Origin: Candidatus Omnitrophota bacterium
GTDB taxonomy: Bacteria; Omnitrophota; Gorgyraeia; Zapsychrales; Fredricksoniimonadaceae
DNA length: 64,000 nt
Direction: 5' to 3'
Assembly: GCA_044225175.1 (NCBI GenBank)
Contig: JBGAJA010000001.1
Location: 6,994-70,993, forward strand
Both the position numbers and the translations under genes were made by a program. The notes under the pieces were generated by a model. The model was not told the DNA's origin. It worked only from the letters and a program-made list of their open reading frames with translations, and did no database searches. This document shows, one piece after another, positions 37,696 through 46,352 of the stretch (position 1 is the first letter of the stretch; each line of letters begins with the position of its first letter).

Positions 37696-39492
37696 ATGAT
37701 TAATAATTATATAAAACTTCTTCAATTTCTCAAAACTCACCTTAAACGTTTCTTTACTGCAGTTTTTTTTATTCTTTTATCGTCGGTGTTTGAAGGTGTT
37801 CAGCTCACCTTAATGCTTCCAGTCATTGATCGTATTTTTACAAATAAAAAGATTGTATTACCCAATAAAGTCCCAGAATTTCTCAACAATCTGGTGGGTT
37901 ATTTGAATAGCATCGACAATCATGTGCTTTTTTGGAGTGTGCCGCTGTGCTTTTTAGCTCTTTTTACAATCAAACAAGTGGTATCGTACTTTGCAGATTA
38001 TTACATGAATGATGTGGCCCAACGAGTCATGAGGGATGTGCGTTCTAGACTTTTTGAACGAATACAAACCCTGTCGTTAGACTATTTTAGTAAGAAAAGA
38101 ACGGGTGAACTGGTTGCTCGTATCACGAATGACGTTGGAGTTATTGAAAACGCTGTGTCTTATGCACTGACAGATTTATTTCGACAACCCCTTTTGATTA
38201 TTATCTTCTTATCCCTGGCGTTCACATTTAATGTGCAGGGAACATTATTGATTTTTGTGATGGTTCCATTTATTGCGATTCCTATGACAATCATTGGTAA
38301 GAAGCTGCGTAAGCTTTCCAAGGGCCAGCAAGAAAAAATGGCTGATATTAATTCTCATCTTCTTGAGACCATCTCTGGCGTTCGTATTCTCAAAGCTTTT
38401 GGGACAGAAAGATACGAGATCCAGCGATTTAACCAACAAAATCAAGATTATTACAAGCTTCGAATGAAAGGTTTGAAGAATTTGATGTTGCTGGGGCCTA
38501 TTACTGAAATGGCAGGAGCTGTCTGCGGGATTGCGGCCGTTTTAATTCTAGGCCGCGCTGTATTAAATGGAGAATTGTCATTCGGTGTTTTTTCTTTGTC
38601 TCTTGCTTCTATTTTGCAAGTCATTCGTCCCATCAAACGATTAGCTAATGTGCAAGCTATCATTCAGCAAGCATTGGTGGCTAATGAGCGTATTTACGAT
38701 GTGTTAGAAACAAAGCCTACGGTTGTCGAGAAAACAGGTGCTTCAGAATTGGAGCCAATGAAAGATAGAATTCTTTTGGAGAATGTCAGTTTTAGTTATG
38801 ACAAAGTAGGTGATGCGGTATTGCAGGATATCAATTTGACTATTAAAAAAGGTGAACTTGTGGCTATCGTCGGTCCTACGGGAAGTGGGAAGTCGACATT
38901 GGTCAATTTGATTCCTCGTTTTTATGATACAAGTAGTGGTAAAGTAAGTTTTGATGGAGTTAATGTCAAAGATGTGTCTTTTAAATCTTTAAGAGGACAA
39001 GTAGGTATTGTGACTCAGGAATCTATTTTATTTAATGATTCGGTTAGAAATAACATTGCATATGGAACATTTGATGCTCCTATGGAACAAGTCAAACAAG
39101 CCGCAACAATGGCTTTTGCCGACCATTTCATTGAAAAAATGCCGATGGGTTATGAAACGATGGTTGGAGATCGAGGTTTCAGGTTGTCAGGGGGAGAAAA
39201 GCAGCGTTTAACAATTGCGCGAGCTATTTTAAGAAATCCGCCAATATTGATTCTGGATGAAGCAACTTCTTCTTTGGATTCAGAATCAGAGAAATTTGTT
39301 CAAGATGCCCTAGATTCTTTGATGAAAGGCCGAACGGTTATTGCAATTGCTCACAGGCTTTCAACCATCATGAGAGCAGATAAAATTGTAGTTTTAGAAG
39401 CCGGCCGAATCGTTGGTTTTGGAAAACATGATGACCTGCTGTTTACGTGCCCATTATACCGACGTCTTTATGAAACACAATTTCAGGTCTAA
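37696..39492 (+). CDS. msbA: ABC transporter, fused permease/ATPase (MsbA-like lipid A/lipid exporter)
   Basis: A 6-TM N-terminal half is followed by an NBD with Walker A GPTGSGKST, the ABC signature LSGGEKQRLTIARA and Walker B ILILDEATS. It is divergent from the lpxB operon. Confidence 0.8.
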   Translation: MINNYIKLLQFLKTHLKRFFTAVFFILLSSVFEGVQLTLMLPVIDRIFTNKKIVLPNKVPEFLNNLVGYLNSIDNHVLFWSVPLCFLALFTIKQVVSYFADYYMNDVAQRVMRDVRSRLFERIQTLSLDYFSKKRTGELVARITNDVGVIENAVSYALTDLFRQPLLIIIFLSLAFTFNVQGTLLIFVMVPFIAIPMTIIGKKLRKLSKGQQEKMADINSHLLETISGVRILKAFGTERYEIQRFNQQNQDYYKLRMKGLKNLMLLGPITEMAGAVCGIAAVLILGRAVLNGELSFGVFSLSLASILQVIRPIKRLANVQAIIQQALVANERIYDVLETKPTVVEKTGASELEPMKDRILLENVSFSYDKVGDAVLQDINLTIKKGELVAIVGPTGSGKSTLVNLIPRFYDTSSGKVSFDGVNVKDVSFKSLRGQVGIVTQESILFNDSVRNNIAYGTFDAPMEQVKQAATMAFADHFIEKMPMGYETMVGDRGFRLSGGEKQRLTIARAILRNPPILILDEATSSLDSESEKFVQDALDSLMKGRTVIAIAHRLSTIMRADKIVVLEAGRIVGFGKHDDLLFTCPLYRRLYETQFQV

Positions 39493-39510
39493 GACGATGC
39501 TTTTTCGCCT

Positions 39511-39539
39511 TGACACCATAAGTCCTTGTTGATACTATA
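39511..39539 (+). promoter_or_regulatory. Strong sigma70-like promoter TTGACA-17-TACTAT upstream of the HU-like gene
   Basis: The hexamers and 17-nt spacing are seen directly. The RBS TAGGAGG lies 9 nt before ATG at 39581. Confidence 0.55.
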
Positions 39540-39580
39540 GTTACGATTTTTCCGTTAGAAATTTTTAGGAGGCTATTGTT

Positions 39581-39853
39581 ATGACGAAAAAAGATATTGT
39601 ATTAAAAATCACCGATTCTACTGGTATTAAACAAGTTGACGTAAAAAAGATTGTACAAAAGGCCTTTGATGTCATTGTTGATGCTCTGATGAAAGGTGAT
39701 AAGGTTGAACTGAGAAATTTCGGTGTTTTTAAAATCAAAGAACGCCGTGCCCGTTTTGGTCGCAACCCTCGCACAGGAGAGAGTGTCCCTGTCCCGCCTC
39801 GCAAAGTGGTTGTATTTAAATCTGGTTTAGAAATGAAACACAAAGTTAAATAA
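39581..39853 (+). CDS. HU/IHF-family DNA-binding protein
   Basis: A 90-aa protein with the HU fold signature: an N-terminal helix pair, then RNFGVFKIKERRARFGRNPRTGESVPVPPRKVVVFKSG, which forms the beta-arm. Confidence 0.85.
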   Translation: MTKKDIVLKITDSTGIKQVDVKKIVQKAFDVIVDALMKGDKVELRNFGVFKIKERRARFGRNPRTGESVPVPPRKVVVFKSGLEMKHKVK

Positions 39854-39868
39854 GGTTGGTCTCGTTTA

Positions 39869-41155
39869 GTGATAAAGAAACTTTCAGTTCCCCGCGGAAC
39901 AACAGATATTCTTCCTGATCAAATTCCTTTATGGGAACAGCTCGAATCTAAAGGCCGTAAGATTCTTAAGTCCTATGGTTACAAGGAGATTCGTACTCCT
40001 ATCTATGAAGACACCTCTCTATTTAAACGTTCTTTAGGTCAAACAAGTGATGTTGTTAATAAACAATTATTAGAATTAGCTTCAAGTAAGTCTAGCCAGG
40101 CGGCTAGTGAAGATGAAGGGTATTCGCTTCGACCTGAAGGCACCGCTTCGGTTGTCCGGTCTTATATTGAAAATTCTTTTGAAGCAAAAGAAAGTCTATC
40201 CAAGCTTTTTTACTATGGTCCCATGTTTCGAGGAGAACGTCCACAAAAGGGAAGACTTCGACAGTTTCATCAAATTGGTGCTGAAGCCATAGGTCCAAAT
40301 TCCACCTCCCCATATTTAGATGTTGAAGTGATTGCGCTTGCGATTGAATTGCTTAGAAGTTTTGGCGTGCAAAATTATCGTTTAAAAATTAATAGTTTAG
40401 GTTCAAAAGAAGATAAGGCCAATGTTTCTGCTTGGTTAAAAAAAGAATTTTCTTTGAGAGTCAATGAGCTGTGTGAGGATTGCCAAAGCCGCTATGAACG
40501 CAATGTTTTTCGGGTATTGGATTGCAAGAATGAGTCTTGCCGCAAGATTGTTTCATCCTTGGTCAAAAATTTACCATTATCTGCGGAAAGTACAGTCTAT
40601 TTTCAAAAAGTACAAGATGCATTAAAGGCGATTGATATTAAATTTGAAATTGCGCCCCACCTGGTCCGCGGGCTTGATTATTACGTGCACACTGTGTTTG
40701 AAATTACCGCTGAAGGTTTAGGAAGCCAAGATGCTGTTGGAGCAGGCGGACGTTACAGTGGGTTGGTTCATGAATTAGGTGGAAATGAGAAGGTTGATTA
40801 TGGGGCGATTGGATTTGCGTTGGGAATAGAAAGGATTTTATTGGCAATGGATGGTAGAGACGCAAAATCTTGCGTCTCTACATTAGATGCATACGTCATT
40901 GCTATGGATCCAATCAATTTGGATGCTGCGTTCGAATTAACCCAATTCATCCGACAGTCGGGTCTTTCCGCGGATATGAATTATCTTTCTGGTTCCATTA
41001 AATCGCAGATGAATAAAGCTAATAAATCCAATGCACGTTTTGCTCTCATTTTGGGTGAAGAAGAAATCAAAAATAAAACTGTATCCATGAAAAACATGCA
41101 GACAGGCGCTCAGGAACAGGTTCCCTGGGAGCAGGTTATAGAAAGGTTAAAGTAA
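39869..41155 (+). CDS. hisS: Histidyl-tRNA synthetase
   Basis: Class II motifs are present (FRGERPQKGRLRQFHQIGAEAIG, GGRYSGL, and the GFALGIERILLAM motif 3), along with the C-terminal anticodon-binding domain. Confidence 0.9.
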   Translation: MIKKLSVPRGTTDILPDQIPLWEQLESKGRKILKSYGYKEIRTPIYEDTSLFKRSLGQTSDVVNKQLLELASSKSSQAASEDEGYSLRPEGTASVVRSYIENSFEAKESLSKLFYYGPMFRGERPQKGRLRQFHQIGAEAIGPNSTSPYLDVEVIALAIELLRSFGVQNYRLKINSLGSKEDKANVSAWLKKEFSLRVNELCEDCQSRYERNVFRVLDCKNESCRKIVSSLVKNLPLSAESTVYFQKVQDALKAIDIKFEIAPHLVRGLDYYVHTVFEITAEGLGSQDAVGAGGRYSGLVHELGGNEKVDYGAIGFALGIERILLAMDGRDAKSCVSTLDAYVIAMDPINLDAAFELTQFIRQSGLSADMNYLSGSIKSQMNKANKSNARFALILGEEEIKNKTVSMKNMQTGAQEQVPWEQVIERLK

Positions 41156-42579
41156 TGCGTACGCACACATGTGGTGGTTTAAATCCGAGTCATAAAGATC
41201 AAGAGGTAACACTATGCGGCTGGGTTCATCGTCGTCGTGACTTAGGTAAATTAATTTTTATTGATATCCGTGACCGTTATGGTTTAACTCAAGTGGTATT
41301 TGTTCCATCGGTGAGTCCTAATGCTCACGCTGAAGCTCAGAAATTGGGTCCAGAATTTGTGGTAAGAATCAAAGGAACGGTCAATGTTCGCCCTGAAAAG
41401 AATGTGAATAAAGATTTAGCAACAGGCGGAGTTGAATTATTAGCTAAAGAACTAGAAATCTTAAACACCGCTAAAGTTCCAGTCTTTGAAATAGAAGACA
41501 GGGTGGAAGCTTCTGAAGATTTACGCTTAACCTATCGTTATTTGGATATTCGCCGAACAAAGGTGCGTGAATCATTATTATTACGACATAAAATTTGTGC
41601 CAGTATCAGATCATTTTTAAATACTCAAGATTTCGTAGAGGTAGAGACTCCGGTTTTAACTAAATCAACACCTGAAGGAGCTCGTGATTTTTTAGTTCCT
41701 TCTCGAATGAATCCAGGTGCATTTTATGCTCTGCCACAGTCGCCTCAGCTATTCAAGCAAATCCTGATGGTATCAGGAATGGATCGCTACTATCAGATCG
41801 TCAAATGCTTCCGCGATGAAGATTTGCGCGCGGATCGTCAGCCTGAGTTTACCCAGCTTGATATGGAGCTTTCCTTCGTGGATCAAGAGGTGATTTTTGA
41901 TTTAACAGAACGTATGTATAAACAAATTTTTAAAGAAGTGCTCAATATTGATTTACCCATTCCTTTTCCAAGAATGACGCATGCTGAGGCGCTCGCTAAA
42001 CATAGCAGCGATAAGCCAGACATTCGTACAGATAAAAGTAATGCTAAAGAATTTGCCTTTTTGTGGGTTGTAGATTTTCCTTTGTTGAAGTATAATCAGG
42101 ACGAAAAAAGATGGGACAGTGAACATCATCCTTTCACCGGCATCCACCCAGAAGATGTAGCAAATTTGGAAGCTGGTAAATACGATCAAGTCCGCGGCAG
42201 ATGTTATGACCTTGTTTTAAATGGCAATGAAATTGGTAGCGGGTCAGTTCGTATTCATCGACGTGAATTACAGCAAAAGATTTTTGACATTATTGGCATT
42301 GCTCCAGAGGAAGCTTTAAAGCGGTTTGGATTCTTATTGCGTGCCTTCGAATATGGTGCTCCACCTCACGCAGGTGTAGCTTACGGTATTGATCGCATTG
42401 TCACCATTATCACTGGTAATGAATCTATTCGCGATTGCATCGCGTTTCCTAAGACCCAAAAGGGAACATGTTTGATGACAGAAGCCCCCTCGGAAGTTGA
42501 TGATAAACAATTAAAAGAATTAGGAATCGTTACCATTTCAGCTAAGGCTTCAGCCAAGGCTGATCAGCCAAATGGCTGA
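41155..42579 (+). CDS. aspS: Aspartyl-tRNA synthetase, short form lacking the GAD insertion domain
   Basis: The N-terminal OB-fold reads CGGLNPSHKDQEVTLCGWVHRRRDLGKLIFIDIRDRYG. The flipping loop and motif 2 are present (FRDEDLRADRQPEFTQLDMELSF), and motif 3 is GSGSVRIHRRE...GAPPHAGVAYGIDR. Only ~75 aa separate motif 2 from the WVVDFP segment. The ATG overlaps the hisS stop TAA by 1 nt. Confidence 0.9.
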   Translation: MRTHTCGGLNPSHKDQEVTLCGWVHRRRDLGKLIFIDIRDRYGLTQVVFVPSVSPNAHAEAQKLGPEFVVRIKGTVNVRPEKNVNKDLATGGVELLAKELEILNTAKVPVFEIEDRVEASEDLRLTYRYLDIRRTKVRESLLLRHKICASIRSFLNTQDFVEVETPVLTKSTPEGARDFLVPSRMNPGAFYALPQSPQLFKQILMVSGMDRYYQIVKCFRDEDLRADRQPEFTQLDMELSFVDQEVIFDLTERMYKQIFKEVLNIDLPIPFPRMTHAEALAKHSSDKPDIRTDKSNAKEFAFLWVVDFPLLKYNQDEKRWDSEHHPFTGIHPEDVANLEAGKYDQVRGRCYDLVLNGNEIGSGSVRIHRRELQQKIFDIIGIAPEEALKRFGFLLRAFEYGAPPHAGVAYGIDRIVTIITGNESIRDCIAFPKTQKGTCLMTEAPSEVDDKQLKELGIVTISAKASAKADQPNG

Positions 42580-42584
42580 GATCC

Positions 42585-42601
42585 GCCTTTGGCGGAAAAA
42601 A
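42585..42601 (+). repeat. Copy 1 of the recurring palindrome GATCCGCC-TTT-GGCGGA. Other copies are at 36199..36213 and 57741..57757.
   Basis: The exact 15-mer tccgcctttggcgga is shared, each time preceded by ggctg. This copy sits just after the aspS stop and is followed by an A8 run. Confidence 0.6.
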
Positions 42602-42621
42602 AATAATTAAGGAGAATAAAT

Positions 42622-43182
42622 ATGTCGCTCAATCTTTTAAGCGTTTTAGTTTTAGCAGTTTTTGCAAGTGGTTGTGGCCTTCACGCCCAGAGTTATGTGA
42701 TGACTAAACCTCGTGTGAATATTGAAAAGGGAAGTGGAAATGCAGGATATTTAGCTGGAACACCTCAATATGTAGAGCCCGAAAGAAAGACCCGTAAGGT
42801 TTATGTATTTGAAATCACCAAAGCAATTCCGGAAGGTGAAGTTAAAAAAATTGAGCAAGAAATTAGTGAAACCACCACAACAAGAGTAGATACAACCACG
42901 CCCGAAGAACCTGCTGCAATTGCAGAAACGAATCATAGAAATGTTAACCATATCGTTATTCCACGTATCGATGATATCCCTGAACCTGTTCAAGCAGCTC
43001 AAGGTCCTTCAGAAGACACCGTATACACTGTTCAAAAAGATGATACCTTGCAAAAGATTGCCAAGAAACATTATGGTACATATAGCGCATGGTTGAAGAT
43101 TTATAATGCAAATAAGGATAAGATCAAGAATCCTAATTTCGTTAGACCAGGAACAGTAATAACCCTTCCGGCGGCTAAATAA
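42622..43182 (+). CDS. LysM-domain lipoprotein
   Basis: A lipobox LAVFASGC is followed by a low-complexity linker and a C-terminal LysM (YTVQKDDTLQKIAKKHYGTYSAWLKIYNANKDKIKNPNFVRPGTVITLP). Confidence 0.75.
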   Translation: MSLNLLSVLVLAVFASGCGLHAQSYVMTKPRVNIEKGSGNAGYLAGTPQYVEPERKTRKVYVFEITKAIPEGEVKKIEQEISETTTTRVDTTTPEEPAAIAETNHRNVNHIVIPRIDDIPEPVQAAQGPSEDTVYTVQKDDTLQKIAKKHYGTYSAWLKIYNANKDKIKNPNFVRPGTVITLPAAK

Positions 43183-44142
43183 ATGGAAACTCAACTTCAA
43201 TATGGAAATAATCGAGATCTTCAGCAACTCTTTGGCAGGTATGATGAGAATTTAAAAATCATTGAAAAAGAGTTGGGTATTAGAATCAATCGTTCTTCAG
43301 ATGGAATTAAAATTACTGGTTCTGAGGCGCAAGCTCATAAAGCCCAAGAGCTTTTCAACTATTTAATGACTTTTGTCGAGAAGGGTAAGGATGTCAAAAA
43401 AGCTGACATTGTCTATGCTTTAAGATTGGTCGAAAAAGAAGATAGTATTGATTTTAAACGTTTGGCTAAGGAGAAAATTGAAGTTTCAGTTAAAGGTGGT
43501 TTAATTACTCCTAAAACCAAAGGTCAGATTGAATATATTGAAGCAATTAAAAATCATGATTTGGTTTTTTGTATTGGGCCAGCAGGAACGGGTAAAACAT
43601 ATTTGGCTATTGCCATGGCGGTGAATGCTCTTAAAAAAGGATTGGTCCGTCGTATTATCTTGACCCGTCCAGCAGTAGAGGCTGGCGAAAACTTAGGGTT
43701 TCTCCCTGGGGACATGGTTGAAAAAGTTTTGCCTTACCTTAGACCTTTGTATGATGCTCTCTACGATATGATGGAGGCTGACACTGTCGAGCAATATACA
43801 GAGCAGGGAATTATTGAGATTGCTCCTTTAGCATTTATGCGCGGAAGAACATTGAACGAGGCTTTTGTTATTCTTGATGAAGCGCAAAATGCAAGACCAG
43901 ATCAAATGAAGATGTTTTTAACTCGCATGGGTTTCGACTCTAAAGTCGTCGTTGTAGGGGATGTTACCCAAAGTGATTTACCTGGAGGCGATGGAACAAA
44001 CGGTCTTTTAGAAGCCAACCGTATTTTAGGTCAAGTTCCAGAGATTAAATTCATTCATCTGACAAGTGAAGATACTGTCCGCCACGATCTTGTACAAAAA
44101 ATTATTGAGGCGTATGGCAAATCCACAAACGGTAACCGTTAA
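43183..44142 (+). CDS. phoH: PhoH-like ATPase
   Basis: Walker A GPAGTGKTYLAIAMAV, the Walker B region ILDEAQN and the PhoH C-terminal region are present over 319 aa. Confidence 0.9.
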   Translation: METQLQYGNNRDLQQLFGRYDENLKIIEKELGIRINRSSDGIKITGSEAQAHKAQELFNYLMTFVEKGKDVKKADIVYALRLVEKEDSIDFKRLAKEKIEVSVKGGLITPKTKGQIEYIEAIKNHDLVFCIGPAGTGKTYLAIAMAVNALKKGLVRRIILTRPAVEAGENLGFLPGDMVEKVLPYLRPLYDALYDMMEADTVEQYTEQGIIEIAPLAFMRGRTLNEAFVILDEAQNARPDQMKMFLTRMGFDSKVVVVGDVTQSDLPGGDGTNGLLEANRILGQVPEIKFIHLTSEDTVRHDLVQKIIEAYGKSTNGNR

Positions 44143-44173
44143 TTCCTCAACTTTTTCTGTTGATCAAATCATC

Positions 44174-45493
44174 ATGTTGGCTGTCACTCTAATAGCCACA
44201 CTGATTTTTTGTCATTTTTCCGAACTTCCGCTATTGATCCCTTTGATGTTTTTCTTTTTTGGTCTTCATATGTTTTATGTAAGAAGGACCAAATGGCAGG
44301 TTTTTTTACACTTAACATTGCTTTTGGTTCTTCTTTTAGGGGTTGCCCATACTCTTAAGTCTTATCATATCTTTTCTCTCTACTATACGCCGATCGCCTG
44401 TGTGGCAATGATCACAACCCTTCTATATAACGATATACAACTATCATTTGTGCTGTCCTTGATGGCTAGCAGCTTGGTTGGCATGATGGTAGGTTTTTCT
44501 TTGCCTGATATGATCATTTTCTTTTTAGGAAGCCTTTGTGGTTCCTACATTGTTAAGGATGCAAGGACAAGAGATGTGTTTATAAAGGCGGGAGTTCTCG
44601 TGGGTTTTGTTCAGATGGTTTGTTCTTTATTGATGAATTTTGATATCAGCCCTGAGAATTTTAAGATGAGTCTCTTACCTCTTTTTTTAAATGGAATTAT
44701 ATGCTCAGTTTTAGTCATGTTTTCTTATGTGGTATTTGAGATAGTTTTTGGTGAAATTACTAATTTTACTCTTCTTGAATTGTCAGATTCTTCCCAGCCC
44801 CTTTTAAAACGCCTTGTGATTGAAGCTCCCGGTACCTATCATCACAGTTTAATTGTGAGCAATTTAGCGGAAGCTGCATCAGATGCCATTGGTGCGAATG
44901 CTTTGTTGACTCGAGTTGGTGCTTATTACCATGATATTGGAAAGATGGTGAAACCTGAATATTTCACCGAGAACCAGCTTATTGCAGGCAATAAACACGA
45001 TGAGTTGGAGCCTTCTCTAAGCCGTTTGGTTATTCTAAATCATGTGAAAGAAGGGTTGGAATTAGCTAAAGAATATAAATTGAACCAGAAGATTGCTGAT
45101 TTTATTCCAGAACATCATGGAACAGCACTCATCCATTATTTTTATCAAAAAGCTCTCACAGAAGGTGATGTTGAGGAGGTAGGAGAATCAGATTATCGTT
45201 ATCCTGGACCCAAGCCTCAAAGTAAAGAGACGGCAATAGTGATGCTGGCAGATTCAGTAGAAGGGGCCACGCGTGCCCTTGATGAACACACCCCTCAAAA
45301 GATTGAAGATGTTGTCCGTAAAGTCATCAACAATAAATTTATCGACGGACAACTCGATGCCTGCAATTTAACTCTTAGAGAAATTGACACGATAGCCTCC
45401 ACATTTGTTCGTGTCTTGTCGGCTATGTATCATGGCCGCGTGAAATATCCCGAAAGAACCGATGAACATCGCGGTCACAAACCTTCAAAATAG
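44174..45493 (+). CDS. 7TM-HD membrane phosphohydrolase (YqfF-like, seven TM segments plus an HD domain), short form without the large extracellular domain
   Basis: Seven hydrophobic segments are followed by an HD domain (HHSLIVSNLAEAASDAIGAN...AYYHDIGKM). I moved the start to the internal Met (MLAVTLIATLIF) after the phoH stop; the track ORF start at 44066 overlaps phoH by 77 nt. Confidence 0.7.
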   Translation: MLAVTLIATLIFCHFSELPLLIPLMFFFFGLHMFYVRRTKWQVFLHLTLLLVLLLGVAHTLKSYHIFSLYYTPIACVAMITTLLYNDIQLSFVLSLMASSLVGMMVGFSLPDMIIFFLGSLCGSYIVKDARTRDVFIKAGVLVGFVQMVCSLLMNFDISPENFKMSLLPLFLNGIICSVLVMFSYVVFEIVFGEITNFTLLELSDSSQPLLKRLVIEAPGTYHHSLIVSNLAEAASDAIGANALLTRVGAYYHDIGKMVKPEYFTENQLIAGNKHDELEPSLSRLVILNHVKEGLELAKEYKLNQKIADFIPEHHGTALIHYFYQKALTEGDVEEVGESDYRYPGPKPQSKETAIVMLADSVEGATRALDEHTPQKIEDVVRKVINNKFIDGQLDACNLTLREIDTIASTFVRVLSAMYHGRVKYPERTDEHRGHKPSK

Positions 45494-45863
45494 AATTCCT
45501 ATCCCTTCGTCCAAGATCAATGCAGTCGTACCCAGGGTCTGTAAAATTCTTCGATTGAAACACCAAGAAATTTCTATTGTATTTGTAGGTGAAAAACGCA
45601 TGAGAAGTCTTAATAAGAAATTCTTGGGACATGATTATGTTACGGATGTTATTACATTTGATTTGGAACTTTCCGGAGAAATCATCATTTGCCCTCAGGC
45701 GGCCTCTCAAAATGCTAAAAATCAAGGCCAATCCCTTAAAGAAGAGATCTTGTTATATGTGATTCATGGACTTTTGCATTTGGCTGGATATGATGATCAC
45801 CATCCTAAAGATATCAAAAATATGCGTCAACAAGAGCAAGTTTTGCTTAAGAAAATCTTATGA
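45462..45863 (+). CDS. ybeY: Endoribonuclease YbeY
   Basis: The metal-binding signature HGLLHLAGYDDHH is present in a protein of 133 aa, in the conserved phoH-(HD)-ybeY neighbourhood. Confidence 0.85.
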   Translation: MNIAVTNLQNRIPIPSSKINAVVPRVCKILRLKHQEISIVFVGEKRMRSLNKKFLGHDYVTDVITFDLELSGEIIICPQAASQNAKNQGQSLKEEILLYVIHGLLHLAGYDDHHPKDIKNMRQQEQVLLKKIL

Positions 45864-46348
45864 TTAAACGTTTAGCCATCATTGCTGCTTTAGTTTATGC
45901 TGCGTTTATTTTAGAGATTGTTATTAATGATATTTTTGGTTTGTGGGCCAAGCCTCAATTGCTAATTATTGTCATTGTCTTTTGGGGGCTTTATTCAGGT
46001 ATTCGTTATAGTATTTTTGCTGCATTCCTGGCGGGCTTATTAAAGGATTCCTACAGTATTCTTCCTTTTGGAACGTATTTATTTGTTTATGTTTCTTGCG
46101 CATATTTGACTACATTTGTTCGTCGTAATCTCTATCAGCCAGGTTCCCGTTTTTCCCGTGCAGTTGTGACTTTCTTTGTTTTATTGGGAGCGTTCTTTCT
46201 TCAGGCTTTGCTTTATTTGATGAATCATGATGTGGATTGGCGAGAGCTGTTTCTAAACATTTTTCTTCCTCAATTGGTCGCCACAATGCTTATTGTGACA
46301 TTTATGTTTTATCGACTCAGAGAATTAACAGTCATTTTTAAAATTTAG
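45860..46348 (+). CDS. mreD: Rod-shape-determining protein MreD-like membrane protein
   Basis: A 162-aa polytopic membrane protein directly upstream of mrdA, matching MreD in size and topology. It has no enzymatic motifs. Confidence 0.45.
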   Translation: MIKRLAIIAALVYAAFILEIVINDIFGLWAKPQLLIIVIVFWGLYSGIRYSIFAAFLAGLLKDSYSILPFGTYLFVYVSCAYLTTFVRRNLYQPGSRFSRAVVTFFVLLGAFFLQALLYLMNHDVDWRELFLNIFLPQLVATMLIVTFMFYRLRELTVIFKI

Positions 46349-46352
46349 TCCT

